Assembly (NCBI GenBank): GCA_016124955.1
Contig: WGMR01000008.1
Coordinates: 18,004-82,003 of the forward strand
Direction of reading: 5' to 3'
DNA: 64,000 nucleotides
Origin: Alphaproteobacteria bacterium
GTDB taxonomy: Bacteria > Pseudomonadota > Alphaproteobacteria > UBA9219 > RFNS01
The position numbers and the translations under genes were made by a program. This document shows positions 1 to 9,190 of this stretch, piece by piece; the stretch's first letter is position 1; each line of letters begins with the position of its first letter. A model generated the notes under the pieces. That model made no database searches and was not told where the DNA came from. It saw only the letters and a list, made by a program, of their open reading frames with translations.

Positions 1-166
1 CAAACATGATCATCGAAACTTCGATCGTGCCGAGCATGACGGAAAACAGCACGGGCGCGATGAACGCGAATTCGACGGCCGTCGAGCCGCGCTCGCCGTT
101 CTGCCTGCCGGGAACGGCGGGGCGGACGCGCCGCATCAGGCGCAATATGCCAAGGCTATTTCGCAT
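1..166 (-). CDS. TadE/TadG-like pseudopilin (Tad/Flp pilus assembly protein), truncated by window edge
   Basis: Not in ORF track. Manual translation from ATG at 166 gives MRNSLGILRLMRRVRPAVPGRQNGERGSTAVEFAFIAPVLFSVMLGTIEVSMIMF, with the TadE prepilin motif G-x4-EFA-x2-P followed by a hydrophobic helix. Confidence 0.85.
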   Translation of the reverse strand, partial: MRNSLGILRLMRRVRPAVPGRQNGERGSTAVEFAFIAPVLFSVMLGTIEVSMIMF

Positions 167-185
167 GTTTGTCAGCTTACCATGA

Positions 186-199
186 CATGGTTAACCATG
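186..199. promoter_or_regulatory. Palindrome CATGGTTAACCATG (TTAACCAT on both strands), candidate CtrA site
   Basis: Perfect 14-bp palindrome 20 bp upstream of the tadE-like start; further TTAA half-sites at 203, 210, 220. Confidence 0.55.
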
Positions 200-353
200 C
201 CCTTAATCATTAAAAAGAATTAATACGAATTTCGACGCACTTTGCCGGTTTTTTGGCCTTGAAAGCAATTGTTTCGTGCACCCGGGACCGGTGCGAGGCA
301 AAAAATAACCTGAAATTTCTTAAATAATCCGGGCAAAGGCAAAAGTTAAGGAA

Positions 354-992
354 TCAGGCGGTTTTAAAGCGGGCCGGGTTGCCAAGCGCAATCGCGCCCG
401 GGGGGACCATATTGTAAACGACGCTGCCCGCACTGATCCGCGCCCGCGTGCCGACCTTAATGCCGGGCGTGATGATGGTGGCGGAACCAAGATAGACGCT
501 ATCCGCCAGCTGCGCGCGCCCGAGCATCAGCGCATAGGGGCTAAGGCATGAAAAATCCCCGATCACGGCTTCGTGGCCGACCAGTGCGCCGACATTCAGA
601 AAAACCTGCGCGCCCAGCACGGCTTCCGCCGCCACGGTCGCCTGGTGCGATATGACGCAACCTTCGCCCAGCTTCGCGCTGGATGCGACATAGGCGCGCG
701 GGTGCACGAGCGTGGTGAATTGCGCGCCGCGGCGTAAAAGCCGGTGGGTTACGGTGCGGCGGTGATCGGGTTCGCCCATCGCAATCACGCATGCATCGCC
801 GTCTTCGGGCACGTAATTGTCGATCGCGCCAATTACCTTGGCGCCGGCATGCGGCGTGCCGACCGCTTTGGTATCGTCAAGGAAGCCGCGAATCCGGAAA
901 GCGGCGCCCGCCGCCATCGCATCTTCGGCGTAGCCCGCCACTTCGAGCCCGAGCCCGCCCGCACCGACAATCACCAGATTTTTCTTGGTCAT
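354..992 (-). CDS. NeuD/PglD/VioB-family sugar acetyltransferase (hexapeptide repeat)
   Basis: N-terminal GAGGLG and GFLDD, TLVHP, left-handed beta-helix hexapeptide repeats with VGHE His, C-terminal GNPAR. Confidence 0.85.
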   Translation of the reverse strand: MTKKNLVIVGAGGLGLEVAGYAEDAMAAGAAFRIRGFLDDTKAVGTPHAGAKVIGAIDNYVPEDGDACVIAMGEPDHRRTVTHRLLRRGAQFTTLVHPRAYVASSAKLGEGCVISHQATVAAEAVLGAQVFLNVGALVGHEAVIGDFSCLSPYALMLGRAQLADSVYLGSATIITPGIKVGTRARISAGSVVYNMVPPGAIALGNPARFKTA

Positions 993-2248
993 GACACACC
1001 CGCCTCAAAGCCTGTTTGCACGCACCGCGTCAATTCGCGGACTATATCATACCCGTCCCATATATGGTGAAAAGCCAGCGCCTGTCCGGGCGGCACGAGC
1101 CGGTCGAAGCCGCGCCCGCCGCAGCGGGCGGCAAATTCCTGCAATATGGCGGGCGAAAAACCCGCATGCACCAGCGTCTGGTCGCGGCGCTCGGCCATGT
1201 CCGCCAGTGCCGCGAGGCCGGGCAGCACGCATTCGATCAAAAGCCCGTGCCCGTAACCCACCCGCTTGAACGGCAACAGCGCTTCGGGCGCTATGATGCG
1301 CAAAACCGCAAGCCGCGGACCGAAGGTGCGGCGCAGCGTAATCGGCAGATCGACTTGCGCGAGGTAATCGGCGCCCAGCCGTGCCATATGCGCGCCAGCA
1401 TCAATGCGCATGGCCTTATACCCGGCGGCGGCACTTACGCGCCTGTAAAAATCATCCCCCGCGCCGGTCGCGGCATCTTCCGTGCCTACCCACGCAATCG
1501 CGCGCGGGCTGGAACAGGCCATTTGCTCGTACCAGAATAAATCGTTGGCAAACTGCCCCGCCATTTTTTCGCGCGCGTCTTCGGGCATGGCCGCGTATTG
1601 TTTGGCATCGAACGCCGCCCATGAAAATTTATCAGCGAAAGCGAGGTCTTTGGTCAGCGGCCCGGCGGCAATGGCGCGTACGGCGGCCACCGCTTCATCG
1701 CCCCCCCAGATCATGCGCACGTCCGCCGCGCGGCTCAGAAGCCCGGTCGTGGCGGCATCGTGCGCATAGCGCACTATATATATGTGTGCGGCGATGGCGG
1801 GCCCGGCCTGCGCGCAGGCTTGCCGCAGCAACGCCGCCAGCAATTGTCCCGCCGCGCCGGCGCGCCCGGAAAGGCGTGTGATACTGGCATTGCCGGCAAG
1901 GAGCGCCAGCGCCAGCGTATAGACGAAGATGGTATCGACATTCGCGGGCGGAAAATGCAGCACAAGACCGCGCGGCGCGCTGCGGCTGCCTGCGGGTTGC
2001 GTCATTTTAAAGTGCGCTTCCACCCGTTGCAGCGAAGCCGGGCGCAACCAGAACCCGAGCGCCTGCAGTTCCGGATATTTGCGCGCTCCCGTGTCGTGCA
2101 ACAGCAGTTCGGAAAAAGCGGCAAGGAAATTTTTTGTTTCTTCGGCAAAGGGTTGCAGCGGGTGGTCGCGACGCGCCTGTTCCTGCTGCGCGATCAGCGC
2201 GGCCGCATCGGTTTCCGTTCCCCGGGGGGCGATAACCTGTATTGTCAT
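989..2248 (-). CDS. LuxC-like acyl-CoA/acyl-protein reductase
   Basis: PRGLVLHFPPANVD, IWGGDEAV, EQMACSSPR (catalytic Cys), C-terminal WDG; 4-bp overlaps with both neighbours. Confidence 0.85.
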   Translation of the reverse strand: MTIQVIAPRGTETDAAALIAQQEQARRDHPLQPFAEETKNFLAAFSELLLHDTGARKYPELQALGFWLRPASLQRVEAHFKMTQPAGSRSAPRGLVLHFPPANVDTIFVYTLALALLAGNASITRLSGRAGAAGQLLAALLRQACAQAGPAIAAHIYIVRYAHDAATTGLLSRAADVRMIWGGDEAVAAVRAIAAGPLTKDLAFADKFSWAAFDAKQYAAMPEDAREKMAGQFANDLFWYEQMACSSPRAIAWVGTEDAATGAGDDFYRRVSAAAGYKAMRIDAGAHMARLGADYLAQVDLPITLRRTFGPRLAVLRIIAPEALLPFKRVGYGHGLLIECVLPGLAALADMAERRDQTLVHAGFSPAILQEFAARCGGRGFDRLVPPGQALAFHHIWDGYDIVRELTRCVQTGFEAGVS

Positions 2249-3321
2249 GCCGCCAGCCCCGCGCCGTGTACATCGCCGCAGCCGCGCAGCGGCGCGCGCG
2301 GAACCCGTCCTTCAACCACGAAGCCCTTGCCCATGCGGCCGTCAACGCCGCTATCGACCGCGATAATGCGCCCGATATCCTCGGTCAGCAGCGAATGACC
2401 GGGATAGCTGCGCGGCAGCGGGGAAAGCACCTGTATCAGCCCGGCTTCGCCGCGCGGCGCGGGCGCCAAGGTCAGCGGGTCGCGAATGATAACGTCGGCG
2501 AAAACCGGCGGGTAAAGCAACCCGTCACTGTTTTCTACAAAGATGCTGCCGACCTGTTCGGCCATGCCGTAAAAATTATGGATACGCCGCAACCCGAAGG
2601 ATTTTTCAAGCCCCGAGCGGAAGGCTTTGTTATCGACCGCCTGTGCCTGCAATTGTTTCCACCCGCCGCTGTGCAACAAAATGCCGTTCTGCATATCGTA
2701 GCCGCGTTCGCGCAGCGGCTGCCGGAAATGCTGCCAGACCATAAAGGTGAAGCCGAACATAAGGAACGGCGCGGTGCCGTGTTCAAGCAGGAATTGCCCG
2801 ATCGCGGCGCGGTTTGGTTCCATATCCTCGCTCAGCGCGAAAGCGTGGTTGCGCCCGAGCGGCATGAGCCCGAGGATCCCGGCCGCGCGCGCATTAATCT
2901 GCTCCGCGCCGCCGACGCTGGAAGGTTTGTCGATGATCAGCATGGGCAGGCGTTCCGTGCCGATCACGTCTTGCATGATGATCGCGAGCGCGCGCGCCTG
3001 CAGCTTCGCCGTTGCGGCATCGAGCGGGATGCGGCTTACGGGCCCGCTTGTCCCGCTGGATGTCAGCGTGGTGCGCACCATGCGTTCGGGCACGCTTGAA
3101 AGCAGCCGGTGCTTGAACAGCGAAACCGGTATAAAGGGCAGCGCCGCCAGCGTATCCGCGCCTTGATAATCGGGGGCGCTGAGGGAAAGGATTTTTGCAT
3201 AAGCCGGGCAATGCGCCGCGTGCTCGGCTGTCAGCATGCGCAAAAGCGGAAGCAGGTGCGTTTCCTTGATCGCCTGGCCAAGGCTGAAGGGCGGTACATG
3301 CAAAAGCTTTTCCAGCGTCAC
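2245..3321 (-). CDS. LuxE-like acyl-protein synthetase
   Basis: LPFIPVSLFK, TSSGTSG, HSGGWK, NFYGMAEQ, SYPGHSLLTEDIG, C-terminal RGC. Confidence 0.9.
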   Translation of the reverse strand: MTLEKLLHVPPFSLGQAIKETHLLPLLRMLTAEHAAHCPAYAKILSLSAPDYQGADTLAALPFIPVSLFKHRLLSSVPERMVRTTLTSSGTSGPVSRIPLDAATAKLQARALAIIMQDVIGTERLPMLIIDKPSSVGGAEQINARAAGILGLMPLGRNHAFALSEDMEPNRAAIGQFLLEHGTAPFLMFGFTFMVWQHFRQPLRERGYDMQNGILLHSGGWKQLQAQAVDNKAFRSGLEKSFGLRRIHNFYGMAEQVGSIFVENSDGLLYPPVFADVIIRDPLTLAPAPRGEAGLIQVLSPLPRSYPGHSLLTEDIGRIIAVDSGVDGRMGKGFVVEGRVPRAPLRGCGDVHGAGLAA

Positions 3322-4754
3322 AAAAGCCCCCGCAATCTTACGTAATCAATTTTGCCCTGTCCGGTCAGCGGCAGCGAAGGCAGGTATTTCAGCTTTATGC
3401 TCTGCGAAGGCAGTTGCATGCGTTCCTGCAATACCTGCTCAAGCTGTTTTTGCACGCTCTGGTCGCGCTGATCGGTGGCGATGACAATATGATCGCCGCA
3501 ATCCATCGCCGCGCAGGGCGTAACGGAACGGCCAATCGCCTCAACCTCATCCAGCATCACGCGCAAACCGTGGATCTTTGCCATGCGCTGCTTGCGCCCG
3601 GTGATGGTGAGAAAGCCTTCCTCGTCCAGCACGCCGTAATCGCCGGTGATCAGTGTGGTGCGCATGTCGTCGCCGCGCGAAAGATCGGCGCGGTCGTCGG
3701 CATAGCCGAACATCACGTTCGGCCCGCGATACACAACCTCGCCCTCCGTGCCCGGCGGGCAGGGATAGCCATCCTTGCTGATGACCTCAAGCGTGCCCCC
3801 TTCAAGCGCTTGCCCGACCGTGCCGGATTTGCGCGCAAAATCTTCAAAACGCAGCGTGGTCATGCGCGGTGATGCCTCGGTTTGCCCGTACATCACGACA
3901 AGCTTGCCGCCGCGCGTGCCAAGCTTGTCGGCGAAATCCTGCAGCAATCCGGCGTCGGCCTTGCCGCCCGCCTGCAGCCAGGTGTTGAGCGTCGGCGCGT
4001 GCAACCGCGCAAGCCCAAGCCGCTGCACCATGGTAAAATGCGAAGGCACGCCGGCAAACAGCGTGCATTGCCGGTTTTGCACCAGTTTCCAGAAATCGTT
4101 TTGCACAACGCTCGCTTCGGTCAGCACGACGCTGCCGCCGCAGGCAAGCAGCGTGTGCAGAACGGAAAGCCCGAAGGAATAGGAAAGCGGCAAATGCAGC
4201 ACCGCCCGTTGTGCCGGGTCCAGCGCAAGCGCGTCAATAACCGCGGCGATATTATGCGCGAGGTTGCGGTAAGCAAGCCGCACGAATTTCTTGCTTCCCG
4301 TGCTGCCTGATGTCGAAAGCAGCAAAAATAATTGCGGGTTGATCCCGGCCGTATCGTGCTTGTCCGCTTCATAAATCTGCATGCCGTCGGCCCCCGCTTG
4401 CAGCCGGCGCAGCCCGGTCGGGTTTGCGAGCGGCGCGGGCGCCACGATCCAGTCGGGCCGGTAAGCCTTGCGCAGGCTGCTAAGCGTGCTTTCCTCGCAA
4501 TCGTGATCGAGCATCATGATTGCGTGCCCGGCGGCGGCAATCGCGAGATAGGCGACCGCGCACGCCGCGCTGTTACGCGCGAGCAGGAAAACCAGATGTT
4601 TGTGATCGCCGGCAAAGGTTTTGGCCATTTCGGCTACGCGTTCGCGTAGCGCGCCGTAGCTGATCCAGTCCTGCAAACTCTGATCGAATAGAGCGGGGGC
4701 GTCGTCCGGCGCGTCGGGCGCAATCAGGTCTTGCGGAAGATCGAGCGCGCGCAT
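3318..4754 (-). CDS. AMP-binding (ANL family) acyl-CoA/acyl-ACP ligase
   Basis: STSGSTGSKK P-loop, LPLSYSFGLS, MYGQTEA, TGD-x-G, GR-x-x-R, terminal GKID. Confidence 0.9.
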   Translation of the reverse strand: MRALDLPQDLIAPDAPDDAPALFDQSLQDWISYGALRERVAEMAKTFAGDHKHLVFLLARNSAACAVAYLAIAAAGHAIMMLDHDCEESTLSSLRKAYRPDWIVAPAPLANPTGLRRLQAGADGMQIYEADKHDTAGINPQLFLLLSTSGSTGSKKFVRLAYRNLAHNIAAVIDALALDPAQRAVLHLPLSYSFGLSVLHTLLACGGSVVLTEASVVQNDFWKLVQNRQCTLFAGVPSHFTMVQRLGLARLHAPTLNTWLQAGGKADAGLLQDFADKLGTRGGKLVVMYGQTEASPRMTTLRFEDFARKSGTVGQALEGGTLEVISKDGYPCPPGTEGEVVYRGPNVMFGYADDRADLSRGDDMRTTLITGDYGVLDEEGFLTITGRKQRMAKIHGLRVMLDEVEAIGRSVTPCAAMDCGDHIVIATDQRDQSVQKQLEQVLQERMQLPSQSIKLKYLPSLPLTGQGKIDYVRLRGLL

Positions 4755-4760
4755 GGTCCG

Positions 4761-5006
4761 TTACACGGTGACGCCGTGCAGCGCGAGGATGGAGCGCGCC
4801 TTGGCGTAATCGCTCATATCCAGTATCTGCTCGGTTGTGAACATAACTTCGAACGCCCCTTCGATGGAGGCCACCAGCCGCATATGCGCGATCGAATCCC
4901 ACGCGGCGGTATCCTGGTAGGCCAGCCGCTCGACCGGCTCCTTGCCATCAAGCGCAAGGGCGCTGCGAAAACATTCGGCCAGTCGGTCGGCATTGGTCAC
5001 GGGCAT
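4761..5006 (-). CDS. Acyl carrier protein
   Basis: 81-aa protein with WDSIAHM phosphopantetheine-Ser motif; AAAGGA RBS before ATG at 5006. Confidence 0.85.
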   Translation of the reverse strand: MPVTNADRLAECFRSALALDGKEPVERLAYQDTAAWDSIAHMRLVASIEGAFEVMFTTEQILDMSDYAKARSILALHGVTV

Positions 5007-5024
5007 TGTTCCTTTCAAGGGCGG

Positions 5025-5444
5025 CTATTCGCCGATTATCTTCACAAGCACGCGTTTGCGGCGCTTGCCGTCATATTCGCCGTAAAATATCTGTTCCCAT
5101 GTGCCGAAATCCAGCTTGCCGCCGGTTATGGCCACGGTCACTTCGCGGCCCATCACCTGCCGTTTCAAATGCGCGTCGGCATTATCCTCGCCGGTGTCGT
5201 TGTGGCGGTACCGGTCGTGCGGCTTTTCCGGCGCCAGTTTTTCCAGCCATTCTTCGAAGTCGTTGTGCAACCCGCGCTCGTCGTCGTTGATAAAAACGCT
5301 CGAGCTTATATGCATAGAATTGCAAAGCAGAAACCCTTCACGGATGCCGCTTTCGGCCAGCGCCTCTTCGACCTGCGGCGTAATATTGATATAGGCGCGG
5401 CGTGAAGGGATGTTGAAAACCAGTTCCTTGCGGTAAGACTTCAT
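5025..5444 (-). CDS. yjbQ: YjbQ / UPF0047 family protein
   Basis: [16 protein letters not shown] and [16 protein letters not shown] signatures. Confidence 0.9.
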   Translation of the reverse strand: MKSYRKELVFNIPSRRAYINITPQVEEALAESGIREGFLLCNSMHISSSVFINDDERGLHNDFEEWLEKLAPEKPHDRYRHNDTGEDNADAHLKRQVMGREVTVAITGGKLDFGTWEQIFYGEYDGKRRKRVLVKIIGE

Positions 5445-5643
5445 GGGCTTGATCCTAAAGACATTGTGCTGCCGGTCAATTTAACGCTTTTCTGCTCTTA
5501 TCAAGTTATATCAATAAGATACAATTTATCCCCAGTGCAAGAAACCCTGAATTCGCGCGGATTGCGCCCCATTCTTGCCATAAGCTGACCCTAACTTTTT
5601 GATGTAAGACGGCACACGCCGTCACAACTGCTCGGAGGAAGAT

Positions 5644-6171
5644 ATGCGCAGCAGGCTTTTCTCGAACTTCGCTTTAACCGCCGCGGTGATCGCGCTTGCG
5701 ATGCCGCTGGCCGCAGCCCCCGCCCATGCGGGCAAGGATACCGCCGGCCTGTTGCTTGGCGCCGGGCTTGGCGGCCTGCTCGGCAACCAGTTCGGTCACG
5801 GTACCGGCAAGGTGATCGCGACCAGCGTCGGCGTGTTCGCGGGCGGCCTGGTAGGCAGCTCGGTCGGCCGTTCGCTCGATCGTGCAGACCATACCTATTA
5901 CAGGGGCCAAACCACCAGCTACTACGCGCCGCAGCGCCACCGTGCGCATTACCGGCCCAACTATGTGGCCCCGGCCTATCACACGACACAAGTGATATAC
6001 GTGCCGCAACCGCAACCGGTCTATGTGCAGCAAGGCTATGTTTCGCCCACATCCTCCAATGGCAGCTATTGCCGCGAATACACCAGCAGCGTGCAGATCG
6101 GCAACCAGTTGCGCGAAAGCTACGGCACCGCCTGCATGCAGCCCGACGGCAGCTGGCAGATAAATGACTAG
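5644..6171 (+). CDS. Glycine-zipper surface protein (Rickettsia 17-kDa antigen-like)
   Basis: Signal peptide, GAGLGGLLGNQFGHGTG glycine zipper, C-terminal YCREY...YGTACMQPDGSW; GGAGG RBS. Confidence 0.8.
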   Translation: MRSRLFSNFALTAAVIALAMPLAAAPAHAGKDTAGLLLGAGLGGLLGNQFGHGTGKVIATSVGVFAGGLVGSSVGRSLDRADHTYYRGQTTSYYAPQRHRAHYRPNYVAPAYHTTQVIYVPQPQPVYVQQGYVSPTSSNGSYCREYTSSVQIGNQLRESYGTACMQPDGSWQIND

Positions 6172-6246
6172 ATAAGGTCAAATTTCCGCCACGAATCTGT
6201 GGTGGATTATAGGTCTCACGTGATTGAGCAGCGCGTGAGAGAGGCG

Positions 6247-6286
6247 CCCGGAACCGCTGGATGTAAGCGGTTCCGGGTTTTCTTTT
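6247..6286 (+). terminator. Intrinsic terminator
   Basis: Perfect 12-bp stem CCCGGAACCGCT/AGCGGTTCCGGG, 7-nt loop, followed by TTTTCTTTT. Confidence 0.8.
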
Positions 6287-6341
6287 GCCCGCCGCCGCCG
6301 TAATAATGGCCTTCTTCCCCGCCGGGGAACAGGAAAGCGCC

Positions 6342-7379
6342 ATGACCGATCTGCTCACCAGTGATTTTGCCTTCGACCTGCCGCCCGAACTGATCGCGCC
6401 CGCGCCCGCGCGTCCGCGCGATGCCGCGCGGCTTTTGCACGTTACCCCCGCGGCGCTGGCCGATAGGCAGGTGCATGATTTGCCCGGCCTGCTGCGTGCG
6501 GGCGATCTGATGGTGTTCAACGATACGCGCGTGATCCCATCCCGCCTGATCGGGTGGCGCGGCGATGTGCGCGTGGAAACGCTTTTGCACAAACATGCGG
6601 GCGGGGGGCTCTGGCTGGCCTTTGCCCGGCCCGGCAAGCGCTTGCGCGCGGGCGACGACATAATCTTCGCCCCCGATATTCGTGCAAAAATTATGGAAAA
6701 GTGGGAAGGGGGCGAACTGGCGCTGGAATTTTCATGCAGCCATGCCGGTCTGCTCGCCTTCATGCAGGCGCATGGCCATATGCCGCTGCCGCCCTATATC
6801 AAACGCGCGGCTGGCGATACCGCGGAAGACCGCGCCGATTATCAAACCGTTTATGCCGCGCGTGACGGCGCGGTGGCCGCGCCCACGGCGGGGCTGCATT
6901 TTACGCCCGAACTGCTTGCCGCGCTTGATGCAAAGGGCATTGAGCGCATGCATGTGACGCTGCATGTCGGGGCGGGCACGTTCCTGCCGGTCAAGGCTGC
7001 GCGCATCGCCGATCATGTGATGCATGCCGAATGGGGGGAGGTAACGCCCGAAAATGCCGCAAGGCTTTTGCGCGCGAAGCAGGAAGGTCGCCGCATCGTT
7101 GCCGTCGGCACCACGGCGGCACGGCTGCTGGAAACCGCCGCGCGCGGCGGGGCCATTGCGCCGTTTGCGGGTGAAACCGATATATTTATTTATCCCGGTT
7201 TTGCCTTCAGGGCGGTCGATGCGCTGATGACCAATTTCCATTTGCCGGAATCCACGCTTTTCATGCTGGTGTCCGCTTTCGCGGGGCGGGATCGTATGCA
7301 AGCCGCCTACCGCCATGCTATAGAGCGTCGCTACCGTTTCTTTTCCTACGGCGATGCAACCTTGCTGGAACGCGCATGA
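6342..7379 (+). CDS. queA: S-adenosylmethionine:tRNA ribosyltransferase-isomerase
   Basis: [54 protein letters not shown]; start set to ATG 6342. Confidence 0.97.
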   Translation: MTDLLTSDFAFDLPPELIAPAPARPRDAARLLHVTPAALADRQVHDLPGLLRAGDLMVFNDTRVIPSRLIGWRGDVRVETLLHKHAGGGLWLAFARPGKRLRAGDDIIFAPDIRAKIMEKWEGGELALEFSCSHAGLLAFMQAHGHMPLPPYIKRAAGDTAEDRADYQTVYAARDGAVAAPTAGLHFTPELLAALDAKGIERMHVTLHVGAGTFLPVKAARIADHVMHAEWGEVTPENAARLLRAKQEGRRIVAVGTTAARLLETAARGGAIAPFAGETDIFIYPGFAFRAVDALMTNFHLPESTLFMLVSAFAGRDRMQAAYRHAIERRYRFFSYGDATLLERA

Positions 7380-8527
7380 GCACGCAATTCGATCTTCTGG
7401 CATATGATGGCGATGCGCGGCGCGGTCGCGTCACCACCGCGCATGGCAGTTTTGAAACGCCATGCTTCATGGCCACGGCCACGGCCGCGAGCGTAAAGGG
7501 CATGCACTGGCGCGATGTCGCTGCCGCCGGAGCCGAACTTGCCATCTGCAACACCTATCATCTGATGCTGCGTCCCGGGGCGGAACAGATCGCGGCGCTG
7601 GGCGGGCTGCACGCCTTCACCGGCTGGCAGGGCCCGATTTTGACGGATTCCGGCGGTTTTCAGGTGATGTCGCTGACGGGGTTGCGCAAGCTGACCGAAC
7701 AGGGCGTGGTCTTTCGCTCCCACGTCGATGGCACGCAATATAACCTGACGCCCGAACGCTCGATCGAAATCCAGCATTTGCTCGATAGCGATATCGCAAT
7801 GGCGTTCGATGAATGCACGCCGTTCCCGGCTGAACCGGATGTGGCGGCGCAATCCATGCGCATGTCGATGCGCTGGGCGCAGCGTTCGCGCGATGCCTTC
7901 AAGGCGCGCACAGGCTACGGCCTGTTCGGGATCGTGCAAGGCGGCGTGCACCCGCATCTGCGGCTTGAATCGGTCGAAGCGCTGCGCAAGATCGGTTTCG
8001 ATGGTTACGGTATCGGCGGCCTTGCCGTGGGCGAAGGGCAGGAAAGCATGTTCGCCATGCTTGATGTCACCAAAGCGGTGCTCCCGGCCGGTAAGCCGCG
8101 CTATCTCATGGGGGTCGGGCGGCCCGATGATATGGTCGGTGCCGTGGCGCGTGGGGTCGATATGTTCGATTGCGTAATCCCCACGCGTTCGGGCCGTACC
8201 GGGCAAGGTTTTACAAGCCGCGGCGTGTTGAACATTCGCAACGCCCGTCATGCGGCCGATAAACGTCCGCTCGATGAAAATTGCGGCTGCCCGGCCTGCG
8301 CGAACCACAGCCGCGCCTATCTGCACCACCTGTTCCGGGCCGATGAGATGCTGGGTCCGATGCTGCTAAGCTGGCACAACATGCATTACTATCAAGATTT
8401 GATGCGCGGCATCCGGGCCGCCATTGAAGCCGGCGCCTTCGCCGCCTTCGCCGAAGCCTTTTATGCCGGCTATACGCGCGGCGATATCGATCCGCCGGAA
8501 AAGGCCGGCAAACCCGCCGCCGGATAG
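7376..8527 (+). CDS. tgt: tRNA-guanine transglycosylase
   Basis: [46 protein letters not shown], Zn motif CxCxxC. Confidence 0.97.
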   Translation: MSTQFDLLAYDGDARRGRVTTAHGSFETPCFMATATAASVKGMHWRDVAAAGAELAICNTYHLMLRPGAEQIAALGGLHAFTGWQGPILTDSGGFQVMSLTGLRKLTEQGVVFRSHVDGTQYNLTPERSIEIQHLLDSDIAMAFDECTPFPAEPDVAAQSMRMSMRWAQRSRDAFKARTGYGLFGIVQGGVHPHLRLESVEALRKIGFDGYGIGGLAVGEGQESMFAMLDVTKAVLPAGKPRYLMGVGRPDDMVGAVARGVDMFDCVIPTRSGRTGQGFTSRGVLNIRNARHAADKRPLDENCGCPACANHSRAYLHHLFRADEMLGPMLLSWHNMHYYQDLMRGIRAAIEAGAFAAFAEAFYAGYTRGDIDPPEKAGKPAAG

Positions 8528-8562
8528 TTGCCGGGGGCGCGCGGCTGGTTTAGAAGATACGT

Positions 8563-9078
8563 ATGTATTTCCGCCAAGCCGTCATATTCGTTTTCTGCCT
8601 GTTCGTGGCCGCCGTTGTGGCCGCGATCGGCCTGCGCGCCGATCAGGAAGAAAAAACCGCCACCACGCAAACCCAGTATCCGCAGTTCGCGGCGCTGCGC
8701 TTCAACGAAGTGAACCTGCGCACGGGCCCCGGCAAGCGCTACCCGGTCGAATGGGTTTACCGGCGCGAAGGCATGCCGGTTGAAATTACCGCGACATTCG
8801 ATGTTTGGCGCCGGGTGCGCGATTGGGAGGGTTCGGAAGGCTGGGTGCACAAAACCATGCTGCGTTATCGCCGCACCGCCATCATTACCGGCAAGCAGCG
8901 CAAGCTGCATCTCAAGCCCGATGCCGCCGCGCCGGTAGTGGCGCAGCTGGAAGGCGGCGTGATCGCCCGTCTGGAATCTTGCGAAAGCGAATGGTGCATG
9001 CTCGAAGCGGGCGGCGCCGAAGGCTGGCTGCGCAAGGCGGATTTCTGGGGCGCGGCGGCACCCGAAACATTCGATTAA
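8563..9078 (+). CDS. Bacterial SH3-domain protein (two SH3_4-like repeats)
   Basis: VNLRTGPG, WRRVRDWEGSEGWVH, second repeat ending EGWL-x4-FWG; N-terminal hydrophobic signal. Confidence 0.85.
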   Translation: MYFRQAVIFVFCLFVAAVVAAIGLRADQEEKTATTQTQYPQFAALRFNEVNLRTGPGKRYPVEWVYRREGMPVEITATFDVWRRVRDWEGSEGWVHKTMLRYRRTAIITGKQRKLHLKPDAAAPVVAQLEGGVIARLESCESEWCMLEAGGAEGWLRKADFWGAAAPETFD

Positions 9079-9190
9079 CATATTGATATAACTGCATAAA
9101 CCAATACGGAAAGTATTGTTTGCGTTGTCGCGCCCGGGCTTTTCTGAGACACTCCCGCGCATCCGATTCAATAAGCGACAGGGGCTGGCG

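Noticed and set aside
989..3321. Bioluminescence (lux) operon
   Set aside because: No luxA, luxB or luxD in the cluster; the context is an ACP, a ligase and a sugar acyltransferase.
6172..6341. preQ1 riboswitch upstream of queA-tgt
   Set aside because: No preQ1-I style short stem with A-rich 3' tail seen; the strongest hairpin fits a terminator for the upstream gene.
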